DNA of 63,635 nt, counting the filler, from Thraustochytrium aureum (taxonomy: Eukaryota), in the NCBI GenBank assembly GCA_012862495.1. It is 5 parts of 4 records of this genome, joined end to end, with 100 filler letters (N's around TTAATTAATTAA, not from the genome) between each part and the next. Parts side by side here need not be neighbours in the genome. Positions count along the whole stretch, not along the records: positions 1 to 27,785 come from BLSG01000009.1; 4 more parts are not named here. One strand, written 5' to 3'. Below are positions 10,632 to 21,746 of this stretch, one piece after another. The notes under the pieces were generated by a model. The model saw only the letters and a program-made list of their open reading frames with translations, had not been told where the DNA came from and did no database searches. Position 1 is the first letter of the stretch; each line of letters starts with the position of its first letter. Position numbers and translations under genes: made by a program.

Positions 10632-12484
10632 CTAGTTGTAGGCTTGAATCGCCTTGATGAGCTCCTTGGACTCTGCGACCCAGTCGACCGGCGAAAAGGA
10701 CGACACGGTGGCCTTGACGCGCGTCTCCCCGTTGTAGGCCTCCTCCTTGAGTCGCAACCGGCACAAAAAGGTCGAGAAGGTGGCCTCTTCCACCACGCGT
10801 TCAAACTCGGCCGCGTTCTCGTTCTTGAGGATCTCCATCTCGTCTGCGCTGCGGCCCAGCACCTTGAGGGCCTGGTCGTGGAAGAAGGTGGCGTACTCGC
10901 AGCCGGAAAAGTCAGCTAGGCTGGCGCGCATGATGTAGCGGTTCTCCTTGGTGGGGAAGGTCTCCTCGGTGGCGGCGCAGAGCCACGACCCGTCCGCGGC
11001 CTCGGTCACCTTGCGGTTGTTGCCCTCGGTGGGGCAGGCATAGTACCACATTTTCNNNNNNNNNNNNNNNNNNNNNNNNNNNNNNNNNNNNNNNNNNNNN
11101 NNNNNNNNNNNNNNNNNNNNNNNNNNNNNNNNNNNNNNNNNNNNNNNNNNNNNNNNNNNNNNNNNNNNNNNNNNNNNNNNNNNNNNNNNNNNNNNNNNNN
11201 NNNNNNNNNNNNNNNNNNNNNNNNNNNNNNNNNNNNNNNNNNNNNNNNNNNNNNNNNNNNNNNNNNNNNNNNNNNNNNNNNNNNNNNNNNNNNNNNNNNN
11301 NNNNNNNNNNNNNNNNNNNNNNNNNNNNNNNNNNNNNNNNNNNNNNNNNNNNNNNNNNNNNNNNNNNNNNNNNNNNNNNNNNNNNNNNNNNNNNNNNNNN
11401 NNNNNNNNNNNNNNNNNNNNNNNNNNNNNNNNNNNNNNNNNNNNNNNNNNNNNNNNNNNNNNNNNNNNNNNNNNNNNNNNNNNNNNNNNNNNNNNNNNNN
11501 NNNNNNNNNNNNNNNNNNNNNNNNNNNNNNNNNNNNNNNNNNNNNNNNNNNNNNNNNNNNNNNNNNNNNNNNNNNNNNNNNNNNNNNNNNNNNNNNNNNN
11601 NNNNNNNNNNNNNNNNNNNNNNNNNNNNNNNNNNNNNNNNNNNNNNNNNNNNNNNNNNNNNNNNNNNNNNNNNNNNNNNNNNNNNNNNNNNNNNNNNNNN
11701 NNNNNNNNNNNNNNNNNNNNNNNNNNNNNNNNNNNNNNNNNNNNNNNNNNNNNNNNNNNNNNNNNNNNNNNNNNNNNNNNNNNNNNNNNNNNNNNNNNNN
11801 NNNNNNNNNNNNNNNNNNNNNNNNNNNNNNNNNNNNNNNNNNNNNNNNNNNNNNNNNNNNNNNNNNNNNNNNNNNNNNNNNNNNNNNNNNNNNNNNNNNN
11901 NNNNNNNNNNNNNNNNNNNNNNNNNNNNNNNNNNNNNNNNNNNNNNNNNNNNNNNNNNNNNNNNNNNNNNNNNNNNNNNNNNNNNNNNNNNNNNNNNNNN
12001 NNNNNNNNNNNNNNNNNNNNNNNNNNNNNNAGGAACCGGCCGTACTGGCGCTCGGGCCTGACTGCTGCGCACGGAGCGTCTGCGGGGCGCCGGTCGGGGG
12101 GATCTGCCGAGGGGCGGGAATCTCGGGCTCTTGCTTGGTGACAGGCGACTGCCCCATGCCCGCTGCCACCGGATTGCCGATGATGGGCGCCTTGCCGACG
12201 GCCTCGCAGGCCAGCACCACAAGGATGTTCCTGCCTTTCAGGTCCTTGGCCATGTACTTGTCGAGCTTGATAAGCGACCCCTCTGTGATCCTGCCGTCCT
12301 CCATCATCTCGTTCAGCTGCGACAGCATCATCGCGCTGATCATGTTGACCCCATCCGACAAGTCGAGCTTCCAGCGCGAATCGTTCTTCATCTGCTTTGC
12401 CCGGGCCACCTGCAGCACCGGTTCCGGGATCTCCTCCCCATTCAGGATCCGCCCGATCGCATTATCCGTCAGCCGCGCGCCCAT
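10632..12484 (-). CDS. RPA1: Replication protein A 70 kDa subunit (middle part in gap)
   Basis: N-terminal OB fold (PVLQV...RWKLDLSDG...AMMLSQLN) and DBD-C (WYYACP...KV...RYIMRASLAD...LGRSADE...EAYNGETRVK). Confidence 0.9.
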
Positions 12485-12683
12485 CCTTGCCTTAGCCCCG
12501 TCGCCTCGCTCGCCCCGCTCCGTCCCGCGCCCTCCGCGTTCCGATTGCCCGAATCCGGCGCAAATTCCACCAAAATCACACCCAGCCCGTCGGCAAGCCC
12601 GAGCGCCTCGGCGCACCAGCACAAGCCGCCACACCCGCGCACGCGAGAGCGTCTCCGCGGCGCTCCGTCTGCTCCTGCTGCTC

Positions 12684-12684
12684 G

Positions 12685-12724
<40 letters not shown>

Positions 12725-12725
12725 C
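12684..12725. repeat. (GCCT)n microsatellite upstream of RPA1
   Basis: Direct inspection. Confidence 0.9.
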
Positions 12726-13137
12726 CCGCGCGGCCCTGCTTGCCCTCCTGCTTCGTTGCGCGTCTGCTGGAGCGCCGTCGGTTTGAATCCTCCGTCCCAA
12801 CCTAACCTACAGGCCGATAAGGTTAGGGTCTTGCTGTTTAAAATTGCGCCGCTGTGGAGTTTGAACCAAACGCGGACGACCCTGTCAGACTCGGGCGAGC
12901 ACATCTTTACGGTGCTCGAGAAGATGGTTGCCGACATGCTGTGGTCGCGCTTGAGCTTGTGGACGGCTCCTTGCAAGGTCTGGAGGAGTGCGCTGAGCGG
13001 TTGGTTTTGGGTCAACGAAACTGCTCTGGACTGGTGTCCATGCGCCAACAACAGCAGCTGGCGCAATGTTGGGTCGTTGGGTGACGGGGACAGCGTTCAG
13101 CAACGACTACTATGCAAGGACTTGCTGGCTTGAGAGT

Positions 13138-13326
13138 CTACGTGGTCGGCCTATCGGGTCGGAGCAGCGACGAGTGCAGGACGGTGCCTTTGATCCGAAC
13201 GAGCACGCCCGCCGCCTGCACTGCCAGCTGCAGGGCGTGCCGTTTCGCCGGCGCAGAGTCGACGACCCGTCCACCGGGTCGAGACTCGGCCCAAACATCA
13301 AACACGAGCTCCAGCGCTGGGTCCCA
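13138..13326 (-). CDS. C-terminal fragment of a CCT/chaperonin-like protein (possibly a BBS chaperonin such as MKKS/BBS10/BBS12); remainder in gap
   Basis: VVDSAPAKRHALQLAVQAAGVLVRIKGTV resembles the group II chaperonin C-terminal D....K..A...A...A..ILRID motif. Confidence 0.45.
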   Translation of the reverse strand, partial: WDPALELVFDVWAESRPGGRVVDSAPAKRHALQLAVQAAGVLVRIKGTVLHSSLLRPDRPTT

Positions 13327-14600
13327 NNNNNNNNNNNNNNNNNNNNNNNNNNNNNNNNNNNNNNNNNNNNNNNNNNNNNNNNNNNNNNNNNNNNNNNNNN
13401 NNNNNNNNNNNNNNNNNNNNNNNNNNNNNNNNNNNNNNNNNNNNNNNNNNNNNNNNNNNNNNNNNNNNNNNNNNNNNNNNNNNNNNNNNNNNNNNNNNNN
13501 NNNNNNNNNNNNNNNNNNNNNNNNNNNNNNNNNNNNNNNNNNNNNNNNNNNNNNNNNNNNNNNNNNNNNNNNNNNNNNNNNNNNNNNNNNNNNNNNNNNN
13601 NNNNNNNNNNNNNNNNNNNNNNNNNNNNNNNNNNNNNNNNNNNNNNNNNNNNNNNNNNNNNNNNNNNNNNNNNNNNNNNNNNNNNNNNNNNNNNNNNNNN
13701 NNNNNNNNNNNNNNNNNNNNNNNNNNNNNNNNNNNNNNNNNNNNNNNNNNNNNNNNNNNNNNNNNNNNNNNNNNNNNNNNNNNNNNNNNNNNNNNNNNNN
13801 NNNNNNNNNNNNNNNNNNNNNNNNNNNNNNNNNNNNNNNNNNNNNNNNNNNNNNNNNNNNNNNNNNNNNNNNNNNNNNNNNNNNNNNNNNNNNNNNNNNN
13901 NNNNNNNNNNNNNNNNNNNNNNNNNNNNNNNNNNNNNNNNNNNNNNNNNNNNNNNNNNNNNNNNNNNNNNNNNNNNNNNNNNNNNNNNNNNNNNNNNNNN
14001 NNNNNNNNNNNNNNNNNNNNNNNNNNNNNNNNNNNNNNNNNNNNNNNNNNNNNNNNNNNNNNNNNNNNNNNNNNNNNNNNNNNNNNNNNNNNNNNNNNNN
14101 NNNNNNNNNNNNNNNNNNNNNNNNNNNNNNNNNNNNNNNNNNNNNNNNNNNNNNNNNNNNNNNNNTGCTGCTTTTTCTTGCGGCGGACAGTGCTTGACGC
14201 ATGGGCGACCACGCAACCTGCGCGACGCAGCGGCGCCCGCGCTGCCGTTGCTGCCGCGGGCTGCGCCTGCCTTTCACCGCCGCCCGCGGTAGACGATGGC
14301 CTGCGTGAGGGCGCGCACGGCAGAGCTCGTCCGAGTGCCTTCTCGCTTCACTTTCTTCGCAATTTCAAGACTTTCAATTCAATCTTGAAGAGGAAGGGCC
14401 TCAGCTGGCGGTGCTGGCGTACCTGGCGTGAAGTGGCGCGGCTCTGGCCCTTGCGCGGGCCAACTGGGCGGCAGGACAGGGTTTGCGTTCGCGCAACTCG
14501 TATGTGCTAACAATGCTGGCAACATTCGTTTCATTTCGGTTCATCACAATACAGACAGACATTTGCGTTTGTACAGGCAAGTGCATGGTCAGATCACTCA

Positions 14601-15308
14601 TCAGAGGTCGGCTGCGATCTTGCGGCGCTTTGCAGGTTCGCCAGGGAAGCTCACGTTGAAGCGCACCTGCATGCTGCCGATGGCTCCGGTCTTGGGGTTC
14701 GGCATGCCTTCTTCGGGGAGGATTGTGGTTGTCTCGGTGTCGCGGAGCGGGCCAAACGGCACGCGTACCCGCTTGCCTCGGATCGTGTCAACCGTAACTG
14801 ACCCGCCCTCGAGGGCTTCTTTGAGAGAGATCTTGGCCGTCGTGATGAGATCGTCGCCCTCGCGCCTAAACCGATCGTTGGGCTTCTCCTTCAGCACAAA
14901 GACCATGTCGCACGCTTCGTAGCCGGGCTCTTCGTTCCCGAGGCCCTTGAAAGTGAACCGGGCGCCCGGCTTCATGCCCGGCTTGATCGGCAGCTCAATC
15001 ATCTTTTCGATCTTGTGGTACTTGCCCGAGTAGTCGTCGTACAGATTCCGCGTGATTTTGAGCCGTTTGGTGACACCAGCGCAAATGTCTTCGAGTGACA
15101 CGCTGACGTCCTGGGTGTGAGGGGGGCGCTTCAACTTTGGTGCGGCCTGCTGCGGCTGTCCAAAGCCTTCGTTCGGGTTGGTATTGAAGCGCATGCCGCC
15201 GCCCATGCCGCCGCCCATGCCGCCGCCCATGCCGCCGCCCATGCCGCCGCCCATGCCGCCGGATGGCCCACCAAACGAGAAGCTGGTGAAAGACGGCTTG
15301 CCCGACGC

Positions 15309-15342
<34 letters not shown>

Positions 15343-15701
15343 CTGCCCATACCGCCGCCGAAAAATTGCGCAAAGAGGTCCTCCGCGAACCCTGGGGGGA
15401 CTTGGAAGCCAGCAGCCCCATTGCCGCCCTGGCCACCCATGCCGCCGTAGCGCTTGGCGTCTTCGGCGCTCATCCCAGCCTTGAGTCCCTCTTCGCCAAA
15501 CTTGTCGTACACCTCGCGTTTCTCCTTGTCCGAAAGCACGGCATAGGCTTCGGCGATCTCCTTGAACATCTTGTCATCGCCACCGTTCTTGTCCGGGTGG
15601 TACTTGATGGCCAGCTTGCGGTACGCCTTCTTCAGCTCGGCTTCGCCAGCGTCCTTGCCGACGCCGAGGATCGCATAAAAGTCGCGGCCCTTGACCTGCA
15701 T
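14601..15701 (-). CDS. DnaJ/Hsp40 class B (Sis1/DNAJB-like)
   Basis: J domain with HPD, G/F and GGM-rich linker, C-terminal substrate-binding domains, no zinc finger. ATG at 15701. Confidence 0.92.
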
Positions 15702-16175
15702 CTTCACCCGACTCTACTCTGGTCAATCGCCTGGTCCTCGCCCTACTTGCTCGTCGGTTTTCTTTTTCGCACTCGTCGCTCTGTCGCGTTTGGGGTCTGC
15801 CTGCCCGCTCACCTTCACGACGAGATCACGCCCCTCACCTTGTTCCCCATCAACCCCCGCGCCACCTTGGCCGCCTATCTGGCAAAACGCCACAGTTNNN
15901 NNNNNNNNNNNNNNNNNNNNNNNNNNNNNNNNNNNNNNNNNNNNNNNNNNNNNNNNNNNNNNNNNNNNNNNNNNNNNNNNNNNNNNNNNNNNNNNNNNNN
16001 NNNNNNNNNNNNNNNNNNNNNNNNNNNNNNNNNNNNNNNNNNNNNNNNNNNNNNNNNNNNNNNNNNNNNNNNNNNNNNNNNNNNNNNNNNNNNNNNNNNN
16101 NNNNNNNNNNNNNNNNNNNNNNNNNNNNNNNNNNNNNNNNNNNNNNNNAAAACGCCACAGTTTCTCGAGCGTTCC

Positions 16176-16240
16176 AGAGGGTTCCCGAAGGTTCCGGAGG
16201 GTTCTGGAGGGTTCTGGAGGGTTCTGGAGGGTTCTGGAGG
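16176..16240. repeat. 10-bp tandem repeat (GGAGGGTTCT)n
   Basis: About six copies, degenerate at the 5' side. Confidence 0.85.
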
Positions 16241-16284
16241 ACGATCGGTTAGGGTTCGCCTCGGACCTGCTTAGGGTTGGGATC

Positions 16285-16392
16285 GCACCCGCGCTACCGA
16301 ACTCGCACAGTTAAGGTTGGGTCGCACCCGCGCTACCGAACTCGCCCGGTTAGGGTGGAATTGCAGTGTTGCACCCGCGCTACCGAACTCGC
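16285..16392. repeat. Three copies of GCACCCGCGCTACCGAACTCGC interspersed with TTAGGG-like motifs
   Basis: Identical 22-mers at 16285, 16324 and 16371. Confidence 0.85.
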
Positions 16393-16964
16393 CCGCGAAC
16401 ACAGGACATGCAACCCTCGATGGGGAGTACTCTACTTACCTACCGACACGGGATGGAATGGGGTCAGGCGGCCCCAACCCTGAGGCTCGAGGACCGCCGC
16501 GCCTATCTCCTCACTGAAAGCGAAGCGGGCAACGCCGGCGTCGCGCTGATGGCTGCGACAGCGGCATCTCGCGTTCTGGGCGGTTTTGCGGTAGCCTGGG
16601 AAGTTTTCTCCCAGACTCGTGAGTAGCTGGCTAGCTTGGGAACGCCGAACTCTTCCAGGTAGGTTAGGGTCTGCCTAGGGTTGGGAACGTACGTTCGTTC
16701 CTGCGATCCCGCTGCGTTGTTCGTTTTGTTCCTGGAGGGTTTGGTGGTGCCACGCGCGCAGAGCAGCAAGCAGCGAGGAGCAGAGCGCGGCAGACCCGCA
16801 TCGCGCGGCAGCAGGCAGAGCCCCTCCGTGCGCGGCGTCGCTCGAGCGCGAGGGAGCGCAGGCGTGCAGGCGGCGCGCACCTTCGCAGGCGTGCTTGCGG
16901 CGCGCGCGTCGTCGTGGGCGTTGCGGCGGTTGCGGCGGGTGGGCTGGACGCGCGGATCGGCGCG

Positions 16965-19900
16965 ATGGCAAGCCGCGAGGAAGGCGAGTTCGTGATTGTG
17001 CTGTTTTACCAGTATGCAGATATTGCCAAGGGCAAGCACGCGGCGCGGCGCGTGAATAAGGAGGCGCAGGAGGCCTGCGCGGAGACGCAGGGCGGCGAGG
17101 AGGTTGCCGTCGTGGAGGACCCGAAGGATGTGGATGAGCTCAAGGCATGGCTGCAGGCCAAGTGCGAGGCGAAGGGACTGCTTGGACGCGTCGTGCTCGC
17201 CACGGAAGGCATCAACGGAACCTGGCGAGCTGCGGGCCGCAGGGCGTCGAGACGCTGTGCGCGGAGCTGCAAGCGCTGTCCCTGTTTAAGGACAAGCAGG
17301 TCGACTTCAAGATGGACCGATCCAGCACCAAGCCGTTCCCGGACCTGTTCATCCAGATCAAGAACGAGATCTGCTCGACGGGCAACACGATGCCCAAGCG
17401 GCTCTTGGACAAAGGCCTTGGCGGGCAGCACCTAACTCCCGAGCAGTTCCACGCCGTGCTGGAAGAGCACTGGGGCGGCAGCGGCGGCGCCGGCACAGAC
17501 GGCGGCACAGAAGCCGCCGCCCAGCCCGGCAGCGAACAAGGCAGCGAGGCGGCCGCCCCGAGAAAGGAGCTAGTCGTGATCGACGTGCGCAACAACGTCG
17601 AGTTCATGACGGGGAGGTTCATGGCCGACGAGGCAAAGCAGGCAGTCAACCCGCACACCAAAACGTTTTCCAAGTGGGCGCCCGACTATGCAGACAAGGC
17701 AGCCGAGGAGCTAAAGTCCAAAAAGGTCCTCATGTATTGCACAGGCGGGATCCGCTGCGAAAAGGCCTCTGCCTATCTGCGCGCGATCGGGGTCGAGGAC
17801 GTGAGCCAGCTGTCGGGGGGAATCCACCGGTACCTGGAAAAGTTTGGCGCGAACGGGTACTTTAAGGGCAGCAACTTTGTCTTTGACTCGCGCACGCTAC
17901 AGACGCCAACGGGGGCCAACGTGGTCGGCAAGTGCCACAACTGCGCGGCGCCTACCGAGACGGTGAGCTGCGACCGGTGCTGCGCTGTTTGCAGGGAGCC
18001 CGTTTTGGTATGCGACCCCTGCCGCGTGAGCCTGTACGGGGTATACTATTGCGAACTGCACGCCGGACTCAAGGGCGTGTACGAGCCGTTTTTGGAGCGG
18101 TTTGACGCGGCCGAGCTCGAGGCGCAAAAGGCCCTGCTGACGGCCATGCTCCAGAAGAAGGACAAGGGCGTGCCGCGGCGCCGGCCGCTGACCAAGCAGC
18201 TCCGGCGCGTCGACGAGTGGCTCAACCGCAAGCGCGAGATCGAAGCCGCGGAAGCTGGGCAAAAGGGGTCTTGGCGCAAATCAATGTGGGCCGCCAACCC
18301 GCGCTGCCGCTCGTGCGGGCTCGTCGGCCCGGCAGCCGTGCTCCAGCTCATGGGCCGCAGCTTTTCCGACAAAGCGATGGTCTGCGATGGGAGCTGCGTC
18401 GGGTTTACGCGCAGCACGTACGAGGACCCGCGCATGTCGCTCGATGAAATGAACGCGCCGGACTTTGCGCAGGCTCTCAGTAGAAAGAGAAAACGATCGC
18501 AGCAGAAGGCTTACACGGGGTTTGCAAAGCGCATGCGCGACGAGACGCTCAGTGACTATGCGCAGACCGTTTACCGCGTAGTTGAGGCGCGCGATGCGGG
18601 GTTGCCACAAGTCCCGGCCGACGACCGCACGCCCTTGCGCTGCGTCGAGCCTTACCTGCACGACTACCAAACCCACACGAAACGGCGCTGGCGCGGCGCC
18701 CCGCTGCTCGAAATGTACACCGCCGAGTTTTCCCTGAACAAACGGGCCTACTACAGCAAGGCGGTCGAGTCGGGGCTCATCCGGGTCAACGGCAAGCGGG
18801 CGAGCCCTGACCACGTCCTGGTCCAGGGCGACAACATCTCCAACTGCGTCCACCGCCACGAGCCGCCGGTCCAGTATGTGGCCGGCCGGGACATGATCGT
18901 CGCCGAGACGGACCGGCTCGTCGTTGTCGACAAGCCAGCCTCGCTCACGGTGCACCCCTCTGGGTCGTTCCGGCGCAACTCGCTCACCTTTGTGCTCGCC
19001 GTGGAGTGCGGCCTGCGCGACATCTACCCAGTGCACCGCCTCGACCGCCTCACGTCCGGGCTGGTCTTGTTCACCAAAGACACGGACCTGGCCAACCAGA
19101 TCTCGGAGGCGCTGCAGCGCAAGAGCCAGGGCAACCAGGGCAGCGCCGGCGAACCCAAAGTTCACAAGGCCTACCTGGCGCGGGTGAGCGGCAGGTTTCC
19201 CTCGAGCGAGCAAGAGGTGGCCGCCGTGGCGGCCGAGCGCTGCGCGAACCGCCCTGTGGCGCCGGAGCCGCCAAAGCCCTCCAACAAGGCCGAGTCCGCC
19301 TCGGAGGCCGAGCGAGTTGCCTACTTGGAGGCCGTTTCGGTGGCCGCGCCCGGCGTGTATTGGACGGCGGCCTCGTCTACGGCCACGCCGCTCCTGGACC
19401 TCGCGCTGGACGGCAAACTAGACGCGGCCAAGTGTTGCCCCAAGGCTCGCTCGGGCGACCACGTCGTCTTCTCGTGGCCCGTTGAGCGCGTGTGCGAGAA
19501 GACAGGGACCTGGCGGTGCGTGCAGCCCGGGGTGCCCATGCCCGCCCCCGCAGACTCGGGACCGCGCGTGACGCTTCCGAAGCGGACTGTGGAGGGAGGC
19601 AAGCCGTCCATGACGCGAATGAGACTGCTCGCCTACGACCCGGAGAGCGACACGAGCCTCGTGCAATGTGAGCCTATCACGGGGAGAACCCACCAGCTGC
19701 GCATTCACCTGGCCTTTCTGGGACATCCCATCTTGGGTGACCCGATTTACGGCCACGATGGCGACCTCTTCGCCGGCAAGACGACGCGCCCAGAGCAAGC
19801 GGTGGCGGCTGCCGTGGTCGCTGCGCACGTGGCATGCGTGATGGCGCTGGCATGGCAGGCGTGGCCGCGCCTGCTCCTGCTGCAGCTTCCTCAGCCCCCG

Positions 19901-20205
19901 CCGCCGCCGCTGCTGCCGCCAAACAAGCGGAGGAGGAGCGCGTGCAGCGGCTTGAAAACGCCGCACTGCCGTCCGACGAGGTGCTCGCCGAGCTCGACCG
20001 CGCTGGTGACCGCCTCGAGACTGCAAAGCAGCTCTGCGTAACTTGCACAGAGGGGCTTGCGGTGGCTTTCAAGGCCGCCCAGCTACAGTTTAGAGGACTG
20101 GACTTGCATGCGTTCAGATACAAGGTGGACATGGCGGACGGAAGCGAGCTGGACTTTGAAACCAAACTGCCAGGTTTCGCGCGTCCCTTTTGCAAGGCCG
20201 GTTGA
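16965..20205 (+). CDS. Fusion of TrhO/TSTD2 (UPF0176 rhodanese) and RluA-family (RPUSD2/Pus9-like) pseudouridine synthase; apparent indels near 17221 and about 19820
   Basis: LFYQY, GRVVLATEGINGT, IDVRN, YCTGGIRCEKAS, LSGGIHRYLE, FVFDSR and a Cys-rich tail, then in the same frame VEPY..Y.TH.KRRW, HRHEPPV, VDKP, HRLDRLTSG, TGRTHQLRIHL, HPILGDPIY; final LDLHAFRY...ETKLP. Confidence 0.85.
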
Positions 20206-20444
20206 TCGCTGCAAAGCGTTTGGCACACAGTCCAACGGTGCGTACGTGAGGATGAAAGAGAGCAACTACCCTACAGGTCTTGTTTGGTCGGAATTTATCC
20301 CAAAGTCGGTCGGCAACAGCGTGCCGCAGTCTAATAAAAGCAACTCAGGTCCATGCCGCCCCCTGCTGATCAGTGCAGACGGCGGCTTATTCACGTCGCT
20401 CGCCTCTGATCGATCAGACCATCTCGTCGTCAGACTCATCAGCG

Positions 20445-21746
20445 TCATCGTCGACAAAACTGAGAACTGCAGAGGCTGGTGCTGTGAACGAGTTGAACGA
20501 AATCGGCGCCGAGGAGAAGGGGCTCGCCGCCAGCGGCCGAGCGGCTGGCGAGCATAGTTTGGCCTTTGCTGTCCTTCGTTTCGCGCGGCGAGGTCGGGTT
20601 TGAGTTTTCAGACGTGGCATTTCGCGAGCGCTCGAGGCGGCACATCTTCTTGGCGTTGCGGTGCGTGTAGAGGGAGATGGAGGTCATGATTCCGAGCTGG
20701 CCCGCGTTCAGGAGGTCGCTGAAAATCGTGGCCTTTGCCCAGCCGCCGACTGGAGCCCACTGCTTCCACCCCGCGGGGTGGACCAGTGGGGACCGAAAGG
20801 AAAAGTATCCCACGCCCATGAGAATCACGAACAGAACGGAAAGGATCACCTGCGCGCTGCAGCGCTGGATGGCAAGGATGGTCCGGCTCGTCTTGTACTC
20901 CATCGAACCTTGCTTGAACTCGGGTCGCTTGGCGCGGCCCGCCTTGGCCTTCTTGCCGCTGCCATCCGCCGCGTTGGAAGACGAGTCGGGCTCGAGCGAG
21001 CTGTTGCTGTTGCTATTGGCGATGACCTGCTTGAGGAGCTTCGTAAGCCTCATTCGCCCCAGCGTGAACGTCGCGATGAGAATCAGCAAATAGGGCAGGG
21101 TCACGATGGCCGCCAACTCCCATGCTCCGGCAATGGCGACCCCAGTCATCGTGACGAAGAAAAGAGCGTTGAAGATGAGGACCGCGCGGCGGTACTCCGT
21201 GATCCCCTTGAGGACCGTGGTGCGCATGGCGCGCACTGCTCCAGCAAGCTCCATCCACAGGACGCTGACGCTGCTGCTGGCGACCACAGAGAATGCTTGC
21301 ATGAGAACAACCAAGACGCGCTTGGGCGTCTCCAAGAACGGAAACTTGCGCGCCTCGCCCACAGAGAGGACCTCCCCGGCGCGTGCTGGCACCAGCACGC
21401 TGGCCAGATAGACGACGCGAAAGGCGACAGAGAAGATGAGCGCAACCGTGATCCAAATCTGCGTCATTACGGCCGCCGACAAGGTAAACTTGTGCCGGAC
21501 AAGGATCAGGATGCGGACCAGGTCCGAAGCGCCCAAAACCAAAAGTGCAAACGCGAGGAGTGTCTGCGCGCTCATGTTGGTGAGGATCCAGATTGAGGTG
21601 GGCCCGAGCTCGGTGCAGTTCGCGCCGTACCATCCATACGACGACATGCAGGAGCAGAACGAGGTCACGTTTGGCGGCGCCCACGACACGCCATCAAAGC
21701 ACACCAGCGTGCCGGGGCAGTCCGTATCGACCTTGCACTCATCCAT
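20445..21746 (-). CDS. Multi-pass (about 7 TM, GPCR-like) membrane protein with an N-terminal EGF-like Cys module
   Basis: C..D.DC...C...CSC...GWYGANC followed by several hydrophobic helices. The C-terminus may shift frame and end at 20414. Confidence 0.6.
   Translation of the reverse strand: MDECKVDTDCPGTLVCFDGVSWAPPNVTSFCSCMSSYGWYGANCTELGPTSIWILTNMSAQTLLAFALLVLGASDLVRILILVRHKFTLSAAVMTQIWITVALIFSVAFRVVYLASVLVPARAGEVLSVGEARKFPFLETPKRVLVVLMQAFSVVASSSVSVLWMELAGAVRAMRTTVLKGITEYRRAVLIFNALFFVTMTGVAIAGAWELAAIVTLPYLLILIATFTLGRMRLTKLLKQVIANSNSNSSLEPDSSSNAADGSGKKAKAGRAKRPEFKQGSMEYKTSRTILAIQRCSAQVILSVLFVILMGVGYFSFRSPLVHPAGWKQWAPVGGWAKATIFSDLLNAGQLGIMTSISLYTHRNAKKMCRLERSRNATSENSNPTSPRETKDSKGQTMLASRSAAGGEPLLLGADFVQLVHSTSLCSSQFCRR

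Noticed and set aside
15191..15345. (GCCCATGCCGCC)n repeats
   Set aside because: These encode the ordinary GGM-rich linker of class B J-proteins.
16285..16392. Three identical 22-mers with short spacers as a mini-CRISPR
   Set aside because: Only three copies, spacers of 17 and 25 nt that resemble each other, eukaryotic context and no cas genes.
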